A stretch of 64,000 bases of DNA from Psammoneis japonica (taxonomy: Eukaryota), in the NCBI GenBank assembly GCA_008632985.1, contig QPGO01000053.1, forward strand, positions 1 through 64,000, read 5' to 3'. The position numbers were made by a program, and so were the translations under genes. The number at the start of each line of letters is the position of its first letter. Position 1 is the first letter of the stretch. Below are positions 1 to 9,613 of this stretch, in pieces. The notes below the pieces were generated by a model. The model was not told the origin of the DNA and ran no database searches. It saw only the letters and a list, made by a program, of their open reading frames with translations.

Positions 1-156
1 ATCCTTCTCACCGACAAGGGCAAGGCTCTCATTCGCGAAAATGTGGGTCTTCTGACGCACAGACCGTCTGCCACTCCTTGTCTGAGCACGCGCTTGCCTC
101 CACCCGCGCATCTGTCGAGTCCTCCACCCTGCTCACGCACCTGACCACCGCGCGTC

Positions 157-3100
157 TTGGTGATGGCACTTGGAAAGGTCCGACCCACGGTTCATCCTTC
201 ATTGGCAAGATCAGTTGCGCAAGTACGAGGCACTCATCCCGCCAGTGACCACTTCTCTGAAGGACAGAAGCGCGTCATGCTCGAGAATGCCGTGCACCCT
301 GTCGAGGAACTCCGTGCTGTCAAGAACCAAGCTGATCAGCATCGCACGCAGAGTGGCAGAGCTCACATGGATCAACACTGTGGCTTGCTCCTCTCCGCGG
401 CAGCTCAGTGCGACAGCACGTTTCAACCCAAGACGACACCTCGAGCTCCCCGACGCGCCACATGCGCACATGACGTCTGCTCCGAGGAACCGTCCGATGA
501 TGTGTTCTACGACATTGACAGCGACGTTGACGTCCTTCAGGCCAATGCTGCCTACACCCGCGGTCCCAGCCTCACCGGTGTCCAATGGAGACGTCTCCCT
601 CCCGACCACCAACGGCTCTGGGATTCGTTGCCCGATTCCTCCAAGGCGATCATCCTTGAGCATTCTCGTCCACCTCCCCGCAACCCGCGAGCCAGTGACC
701 ACCATGAGTCTGTTACGGCCAACCTTCATGACCAACGCCTTGGGAGTGACGGTGATGTCAACTTGTCCAACACGACTCCTGCGTGCTCTGGTGACTCCGC
801 TCCACATGTGGACGCCACTTCGGACAATCCCATCCTGGCGCACCTCACCAAGCGCAAGCCACTGCCACCCGGTGATCTGCAACGTCTGTTGTCTCCTAAC
901 CAAGCCCACAATGCCAGTCGACCGGGGCCATCCGCCGCTTCCTCTACCCCGCCAGCTTCTGCAGATGACACAGAACTTAACGGCCGCACTTGCCGCCGCG
1001 TCAACAACCACAATGTCATTTGCTCTGCCTCTGCTCATCGCTCCACACGCACTGGTGCTCTAGTCGATCGTGGGGCCAACGGCGGCATTGCTGGCGACGA
1101 CGTTCACGTCATTGCACGCACCTCTCGCCAAGTCGACGTTCAGGGCATTGACGATCATCAGTTGGTGGACATCCCCATTGTCACCGCTGGTGCCGTTGTT
1201 GAGACCCAGCGTGGTCCCGTCATCGCCATCCTCCATCAGTGCGCATGCACGGGCAAGGGCAAGACCATCCATTCCTGCGGCCAGCTCGAATGGTGCAAAC
1301 AGGATGTCAACGATCGCTCTGTCAAGGTGCCCAACGGCTTGCAACGTGTTGCCACTCCTGATGGCTATGTCATCCCCATTGACATCAAGGCTGGCCTGCC
1401 TTGTGTTGCCATGCGACCTTACACTGATGCCGAATGGGACACCCTGCCCCATGTCATCCTCACCGGTGATGACACATGGGACCCTTCCGTCCTCGATCAC
1501 TCTGTCACTGACGACGACCAGTGGTGCGACGCGATCTCTGANNNNNNNNNNNNNNNNNNNNNNNNNNNNNNNNNNNNNNNNNNNNNNNNNNNNNNNNNNN
1601 NNNNNNNNNNNNNNNNNNNNNNNNNNNNNNNNNNNNNNNNNNNNNNNNNNNNNNNNNNNNNNNNNNNNNNNNNNNNNNNNNNNNNNNNNNNNNNNNNNNN
1701 NNNNNNNNNNNNNNNNNNNNNNNNNNNNNNNNNNNNNNNNNNNNNNNNNNNNNNNNNNNNNNNNNNNNNNNNNNNNNNNNNNNNNNNNNNNNNNNNNNNN
1801 NNNNNNNNNNNNNNNNNNNNNNNNNNNNNNNNNNNNNNNNNNNNNNNNNNNNNNNNNNNNNNNNNNNNNNNNNNNNNNNNNNNNNNNNNNNNNNNNNNNN
1901 NNNNNNNNNNNNNNNNNNNNNNNNNNNNNNNNNNNNNNNNNNNNNNNNNNNNNNNNNNNNNNNNNNNNNNNNNNNNNNNNNNNNNNNNNNNNNNNNNNNN
2001 NNNNNNNNNNNNNNNNNNNNNNNTCACTGACGTCTACGGCACTAAGACGGACAAAGAGTTTGTCAACACACTCGAGGATCAGATCCGTGAACGTGGTGCC
2101 CCATCCAAACTCATTAGCGACCGTGCTCAAGTTGAGATCAGCAACAAAGTGCTCGGGATCCTGCGCGCCCTCTTCATCTCTAGCTGGCAAAGTGAGCCTC
2201 ACCAGCAACACCAAAACTTTGCCGAACGTCGACACCAGACCGTGAAGCGCATGGCGAACACTGTCATGGATCGTTTTGGTTCGCCTGCCCATGCATGGCT
2301 GCTGGCGCTCATGCACGTGTGCTTCATGCTCAACCATGCAGCGTCCCCACGTCTCCACTGGCGCACGCCCCTCGAGACTCTCACTGGCTCCACCCCGGAC
2401 ATCAGCCCGTTGCTTCGCTTTCATTGGTGGGAACCCGTGTGCTTCCACCTCGATGACTCCGATTGGCCGTCCGAATCCCGTGAGTTGCGTGGACGCTTCG
2501 TTGGCATTGCTGAGCACGTCGGCCACCAGATGACCTTCAAGATTCTATCTGACGAGACTCAGAAGATCCTCTGCCGGTCCAACGTCCGCTCCGCTACCCC
2601 CGATCCTGCCGTTCGAAACCTGCATCTTGATCCTCCTGATGGGGAGCCACCTGAACCCATCATCAAATCTCGCCATGACGACAACCCCGTCGACTCTCCT
2701 GATGGGGAGATCAGGACACCCAAGATGCCAGTTTTCGATCCGCAAGACATCATTGGACGTACCTTCCTCATGCAGCCACAAGAGGACGGACAACGCCACA
2801 GAGCTCGCATCGTCAAGGCCGTCGAAGACCACGAATGGAAAGTGAACGGCAATCCCGAGCTCACTAAGTTCGTCTGCTCTGTCAACAATGACGAATGCGA
2901 GGAAGTCCTTGCCTGCAATGACATCATGAATCACATTGAGCAAGAAGACGAAGACACCACTGTTTGGAAATTTCGACGCATCGTGTCGCACGAAGGACCT
3001 CTGAAGCCTCATGACCCAACCTGGAAAGGCTCCAGCTACAATGTCATGCTTGAATGGGAAAGTGGGGAGATCACGTCCGAGCCTCTTGCCATCATCGCCA

Positions 3101-5035
3101 AGGACGACCCCGTCACCTGTGCCATCTATGCACGAGAGAACGGACTCCTCGACACGGATGGCTGGAAGCGGTTCCGCACCATCGCGAGGCGCCAAAAGAA
3201 GCTATTTCGCATGGCCAACCAAGCCAAGCTTCGCTCCCTCCGCACTGCACCTCGCCACAAGTGTGGATGCGAAGTTCCCTGGAACTACAAACACGCCATG
3301 TCACTAGACGAACGCAACGGCAACCGCAAGTGGGGAGACGCAACTAATCTCGAGATGGACCAACTCGACGAATACGAAGTCTTCCATGACTGCGGGCCCT
3401 TCAAGTCTTCCACTCCTCCTGCGGGACACAAGAAGATCCGAGTGCACCTAGTGTGCGACGTGAAACACGACGGTCGCCACAAGGCACGACTCGTAGCCGA
3501 CGGGCACCTCACGGACGTACCTGTCGACAGTGTCTACTCCAGAGTAGTCTCCCTCCGTGGCCTTCGGCTGATGATTTTCCTGGCCGAACTCAACGAGTTG
3601 GAGACATGGGCCACCGACATTGGCAATGCCCACCTTGAAGCCACCACCAAGGAGAAGCTTTACATTGTAGCTGGACCCGAGTTCGGCAAACTCGAAGGGC
3701 ACATCCTTGTCATCCACAAGGCACTGCATGGACTGCGCAGCTCCGGTCTCCGCTGGCACGAGCGCTTCACCGACTGCCTGCGAGCTGAAGGCTTCTTCCC
3801 CTGCCGTGCCGAACCCGACATTTGGATGCGCAGGAACGGCGACCACTATGAACACATTGCCGTTTATGTGGATGACCTCGCCATTGCCATGAAGGACCCT
3901 CAATCTTTCGTCGACACTCTCACGGAAAATCACAAGTTCAAGCTCAAGGGTACGGGACCCATTGAGTTCCATCTGGGTTGCGACTTTTCCCGGGAACCCA
4001 ACGGAACCTTGTGCCTGTCTCCGCGCAAGTACATCGAGCGCATGGTCGACAGCTGCCCGACTGTTTGGGGAGAAACCTGCCACCAACGCCCTGTCACCTC
4101 TAGAGAAGGGTGACCACCCCGAACTGGACACTTCCGAACTGCTGGGACCCGATGGCATTCACAAGTTCCAGTCTCTTGTTGGTTCACTCCAATGGGCAGT
4201 GTCCCTTGGTCGAATTGACATTGCCACGGCCGTCATGTCACTCTCTAGCTTCCGAGCTGCGCCCCGTCAAGGCCACTTGGACCGTGCCAAACGCGTCTGT
4301 GGGTGCCTCTCCAAGATGCGACACGGTGCTCTCCGCGTTCGCACGGAAGAGCCCGACTGTTCGGATCTCCCTGCTCCGGCCTGTGAATGGATGCATTCCG
4401 TGTATGGTGAAGCAGAAGAGATGATCCCGAAGGACGCTCCACCGCCCCTTGGCAAGTTCGTCACCACCACCCACTACGTCGATGCAAACTTGTGCCATTG
4501 CATGCTCACCGGACGCTCTGTCATGGGAATGCTCCACTTCCTCAACAAATTCCCGGCTGATTGGTTCTCTAAGAAACAAGCCACCGTGGAGACTGCGACC
4601 TACGGGTCTGAATTTGTTGCCGCAAGGACTTGTGTTGAGCAGATCATTGACCTGCGCATCACCCTGCGCCACCTTGGCGTCCCGATCCGTAACGTTAGTT
4701 ACATGTTCGGTGACAACAAGTTGGTTGTAGACAGTGCCACCATCCCGCACTCCAAGTTACACAAGCGACACACCGCACTATCGTTCCACCGTGTGCGTGA
4801 GGCAATTGCCTCTGGTTGCCTTGAGTTCCACTTCATCGAAGGCTCCCGCAACCCTGCTGACATTCTCAGCAAGCATTGGGGTTACTCCCAAATCTGGGAC
4901 CTTCTCCGCCCCCTCATGTTCTGGAACTTCATTCCATCCAAAGTCGAATCTGTTTCTGTGGATCCTCAAGCAAACTGGGGAGTGACAGGATTTGAACAGG
5001 ATTCAGGTGCGCGCGAAGTATCGCACGCTGTTTAG
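157..5035 (+). pseudogene. Copia gag-pol polyprotein with a frameshift near 4060 and many Tyr->Cys/His substitutions
   Basis: ORFs 157..4113 and 3962..5035 join into a complete pol. The frame changes at VDSC/RLFGEKP. Confidence 0.9.
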
Positions 5036-5191
5036 TTTACCGTGCACAGTTTTGTGTGCTTTAGTTCCGCGCGTTCACGCGCGATGTAGTTTGCTTTCGA
5101 GCCACAAGGCTCACAAGAATGACAACAGTAGCCCGATCATGCCAACTTACACGTCTTTCGGCTCCCGCAACGGTCTCTGAGCGGAGACTCA
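4983..5191 (+). repeat. Putative 3' LTR (TGA...TCA, ~209 bp)
   Basis: Starts TGACAGG right after the polypurine tract and ends GAGACTCA. CpG density collapses immediately after 5191. The 5' LTR is not in the window, so the end cannot be confirmed. Confidence 0.6.
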
Positions 5192-6517
5192 TCTGCCATT
5201 TAGACAGCAGCAAGGAGTTGTTGTTTGAATTCTTGCCATTTGCCTTCAATTTCTGTCAGTCATGCTCCAGAGCCAGTGCCACAGACAGGGCAATGGCAGG
5301 GGGGGAGAGCAGCTCCACAGACTCAAATTTGGTGGCAAAGCAGTGCACAACAGTGCACAGGTCCTCAGCAAATTCTTCCACTGCCACAGCCCATGACCCG
5401 CCTGATGTTGACAAAGAATTGTCATCTGGGGTCAAGTGGGGGATGATGTCAAATTGGAGTCAACACCAGCAAGGTCAGGTGGATGGCCCAAGTGACTCCA
5501 GTTGCTTGGCCCTGCAGTGTCATTGGCAAGCCATTCACCACAAACAGACAAAGGTTGCAGCCAGCTTGCAGAAAATCCGGAGGTGCACTTGACTCAAATT
5601 GCATGTCTGAGGCAGTCTCATTCATCACAAAACCAAGCATCTCATTGGACACTTCAGCGGCAAAGGGGCATGAGTGGTTGCACGTGCAGCGTCTTTGCAT
5701 TGTTGATTGTGGAACTTTCATTTAGAGACAATGGAGGTAACTTTGTTGGTGTTGAGCTTGACAATTTCCAGAAGCAATGCAAAATGGGCCAGTTGAGAGC
5801 AGCTGCAATGACTGTGACCATGTGTGGCACACGCATCACAAAAATCAAGTCCTTGCAGGATTGAAACAATGCACTCTGGCAGTCCAAGAGACCAGACTGA
5901 TTTTGACCATGGCATGCATTCAGCAAGCCCATGGGATCAGTGGAGGCAGCAAGCTTTGGGTCAATCTGTGTGATGAGAGAGACAAGTTGCAGGTCATGTG
6001 GTGATGGAGCAGAGTTGCCAAGTCCATTGAGTTTGTGCTTGAGGAGGAGAGCTGATCCACATGGACCTGCAGGGACAGCCTTGAGGAGCTTCAGCAACTT
6101 GTTGCACTTGGAGTGTGTGCCAGTGGTGCAGACAGGTTGGTCTTGGCAGCGGATTCTTCAGCTGCCACAAAGCAAACAGTGAACTCATCCACCAGTTTGC
6201 ATGGGTTGCCCTTCCAGGATGGCATCTCAACCACTTTCCCAGCAAGAGTGGGAAGACCAATGGAGGCAAGATGGTTTTAATGGCAAAGCCATCCACAGAG
6301 GCAGCACATGTCTTCTTCCAATCATTGCACAAACAATGATCTGGCAGCATGTCATCCTGGAGCAGATGGCAAACTGCTGTTGGCAAGACATGCTCACCAG
6401 CATTGGATCACAGAAGTCAGACTTGTCACAAGTCAAGGTGTCAGGGTCCCAAATCGGAATTTTGGCCTGAGTGCACCAGGTGTGGATGCCTTTGAGGAAG
6501 ACAGCAAGGGGTTTTGG

Positions 6518-6561
6518 CACTGCAGTGCCTTTCCAATGACACTGCAGTGCCTTTCCAATGA
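6518..6561 (+). repeat. Perfect 22-bp tandem duplication CACTGCAGTGCCTTTCCAATGA x2
   Basis: Seen directly. Confidence 0.9.
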
Positions 6562-8719
6562 CAAAGCTGTCTTCGCCCAGCATGCAAGGACAAAGTGCCC
6601 AAAAACTTGTCACCAGATGGAGTTGACAAATCCAAGGATCTGGTGCAAGGCAGTCAGTGACAGAGCCAATGACTCATGCAATGCATTCTGTGGCTGCAGT
6701 GCCCATGGCATTCTTGGTGGCAGGAGCCAGGTCCACAGATTGGGCAGGCATGTTGGCAGTCCTGGATGGATGCAGCACAGAGAGATGTGCAATGGTCCTG
6801 CAGCTCCTTCTGAACACTGGCAACAGTGCATTGTGTGGCTTTGGAGAACTTTGCAGCAGTTTTGAGTTTTTCAGCCTGAATCTGGAGGGCATCACTCTGC
6901 GCAATGAGCTGAGCTTGAATGCCATTAAATTGGCCCCAAAGTGCAGCAGCCACAGCATGCTTTGCAACAAAATGGGGCCGGGGTGCAAGGGGGTTGGTGC
7001 AGATGACAAATCAGAATTGGACATGGGTGTGTGGAGGACATGACAATGTTTTCACAGTCATCCAAAACACCAGTCACAGCATCCACCACAGTGAGGCGCC
7101 ATTCTGGACAGTCTGTTTGGCACCCGCCTCAGTGGATTCTAGGTGTGCAAGTGTGATCTCCAGCTCATCAGTCTGTTGCTTGACACAGACACCTGGATGC
7201 AGGCCCAAAACTTCTTCAAAGTGGTGCTGACAACATTGCTGACAACACGCACAGCTTTGGATGCAGACAATTCAATGCATTGAATGTGGGTGTCCACAAA
7301 CAATTCTGGGTTGTTTTGTGCAACAGTCATCATCTTGCGCACTCATTCCAGAACAGTGGCTTCCATTGACTCATGCACTCTGACAGTGTGTCTGTCTCCA
7401 GTGCTGCCAGAAACTTCTTGTCACAAGCAGTGATTGCTTCATTGGCTGCATTGCCTGCAAGAAAAATGGCGTTGGCTGTTGCAGCCTCCATCTGGGAGTT
7501 CACTTCCATGCAGAAAGTGTCGAAGTCTTGGGAATGACCAAAATCAGTTGCAGCAGTGCTTTGGGAGAGCCCATGTGTCTCAGAGCACAGGTTGCAGACT
7601 TCTTGGTGCTGGAGTTTGCTGACTTCCTCCAAAGATGCAGCAAATGCCACTTTGCATTCATCTGGCTGTTCAATCACAGAGTCAACGTAGCTGTGACATT
7701 GTGAGAGAAGTTCTGAGTCAGGGATGGGTGGTGAATGAGGTGGTTCCGGTGGTTTGGCCAGCGGCGGCGGCACATCTGGTGGTGTGTGAGGCCAGTCAGG
7801 AGGCAGCTCAGGGGGCAAGCAAGGTGGGAGATGAGGCAAAATTGGCTGCAAAGGAGCAATGGCAGCTTGAGGTGTCAGAAAAGGAGTTGCTCCATTGTCA
7901 GGTGTTGCAACAGCCACCTCAGCCTCTGTGGCATTGTCTGCTGCAGGAGACACAGGAGGAGATTTTGTTGTTGCACACGCCGTTGTGACAACCATGGTTG
8001 TTGCAGGCAACATGCAAGGTGCCACTTTGGGGTTTTCAGTGGCTGGTGTTCCATCGGCCGATGACAGAGAGAAATCATCCTGAAGGGATGAGAGTTTGGC
8101 CCATCATGAGGATGCCATTTTGGAGTGGACAATGTCAGCAAGCACCATGGTTGCAAGAGAAGGAAAAATCCATCATCATTGCACCACGCAAGGGCAGCAG
8201 GTCTTGGAACTTGGTGGTGTGCAACCAACAAGAATGCAGTGCACACAGAAGGAATGCTGCAACACGTGCAAGCAGATGCAAAAACAAAAGGCAATGGTGT
8301 GAAGCAGCAACCAATGTGAGTGCACCGTTGTCATTGACAGAGCAGCAGAGTTCACATTGCAAATGCTCTCTGCTGGTGTTGTTGACAATGGGAAAAGAGG
8401 AGAGTGTTGTGTTGCCATTTGTGACCTTGTGCAAGCATTGCTCACCACCTGACAGAGACCCCCATGTCTGTGCAGATCTGTTCAATTGGATCCCAGCTGT
8501 GTGCTTTTGGCAAAGTTGAAAAGAGCCACCCACAACCTCCATTGCCTTGCTGCATTGTTGTTCTTGGTTGCATGCTCCTTCAACAAGCCAGCACTCAAGA
8601 GCTGCAGCCCAGCCCCCTTGATGAGCCACCATCAATCAGCTTGGCCTGGGTCACCCCAGCCATCCTCACCTCATCCCTCATCTCTGACCCTTCTCTCAGT
8701 CTTCTCTGGCCCATCTCTG

Positions 8720-9162
8720 GATTTTGCCCTTTGTCACATGATTTTGCATTTCTTTTGAAAACAGGGCTCACACATTGCTGCCCCTTGTCACATGGTGTTG
8801 CCCTTCATTTGAAAACAGCTGCCCTTTGTTTGAAAACAGCTTGCAGTGTTGCCCTTTCTTGTTGCCCTTCACATCACACAACGTTGCCCTTTTTGTGAAA
8901 ACAGCTGCCCTTCATCACATGATGTTCAACCTCTTTTAAAAAAGTTGCCCTTCTTTTGAAAACGTGGCCCATCACATCATGGTGTTGCTCTTCTTTTGAA
9001 AACAGGGCCCACATTTTTGCCCCCCCCATCACACGATGTTGCCACTCATCACAGCCCCCTTCTTCACATGACCCTTCTTTTGAAAACAGTGCTCACGATG
9101 TTTCCCTTCATCACATGGTGCCCTTCATCACATGGCATTGCCCTTTCTTGTTGCCCTTCATT
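8720..9162 (+). repeat. Array of shuffled short motifs (TTGCCCTT, TTTGAAAACAG, CATCACATG)
   Basis: Each motif recurs many times within ~440 bp. Confidence 0.75.
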
Positions 9163-9613
9163 GTGCAGTGTGCATGCAGACAAAAGGTCATTTTTGTCAC
9201 GCCCTTTGTGACATTTAAAGGCTGTGACACGTCGCCGTGACACATTGGCTCTTGTTGGTGGCTGTACATTGCACTCCTCCCCATGCATCACGCGTCCACA
9301 CGGCTCTTTACTGACGTGCACTGACACTGCACGGTTTTGGCGGAACAGTGTGGGCACGCACGAAGGAACGCACAGAACTGCACAGAGTTTTGCACGTTCG
9401 ACAGTGATCAACGTTGCTGCAGACAACTCCCACTCAGGGTTTCGAACCCCTGGCCTCCTGCCCAATGGTTGCGATGAACCACTCCGTTGTGAATTCACAA
9501 TGCAGTGTGCATGCAGACAAAAGGTTGTTTTTTGCAACGCCCTTTGTGACATTTAAAGGCTGCAACACGTCGCCGTGACACATTGACTCTTGTCAGCAGC
9601 TGCACATTGCACT
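9163..9613. repeat. Two ~112-bp direct repeats (9163-9274 and 9501-9613), each with imperfect terminal inverted repeats (MITE-like), flanking a ~225-bp spacer
   Basis: Both copies read TGCAGTGTGCATGCAGACAAAAGG...CCCTTTGTGACATTTAAAGGCTG...TG(T/C)ACATTGCACT. Confidence 0.8.
9426..9490 (-). other. tRNA-like fragment (SINE head or tRNA pseudogene)
   Basis: Minus strand has GAGTGGTT (A-box-like) and CAGGGGTTCGAAACCCTG (B-box/T-arm hairpin). No complete acceptor stem. Confidence 0.45.

Larger units (their letters stand above)
1..5191 (+). mobile_element. Ty1/copia (CoDi-like) LTR retrotransposon, 5' part outside the window, mutated
   Basis: Order is gag, protease (LVDRGANGG), integrase (LISDRAQVE; SEPHQQHQNFAERR), RT (DVKHDGRHKARLVA, YVDDL), RNase H (TATYGSEF, MFGDNK, NPADILSK). 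A purine tract CTGGGGAG precedes TGACAGG at 4983. Assembly N-gap at 1542-2023. Confidence 0.95.

Noticed and set aside
1542..2023. Poly-X stretch inside ORFs
   Set aside because: Assembly gap of Ns; ORF continuity across it is not evidence.
157..5035. Alternative genetic code or classical RIP as the explanation for Tyr loss
   Set aside because: Host genes use Tyr normally, both Cys and His replace Tyr, non-coding TA is also lost, and RIP would create rather than remove TpA.
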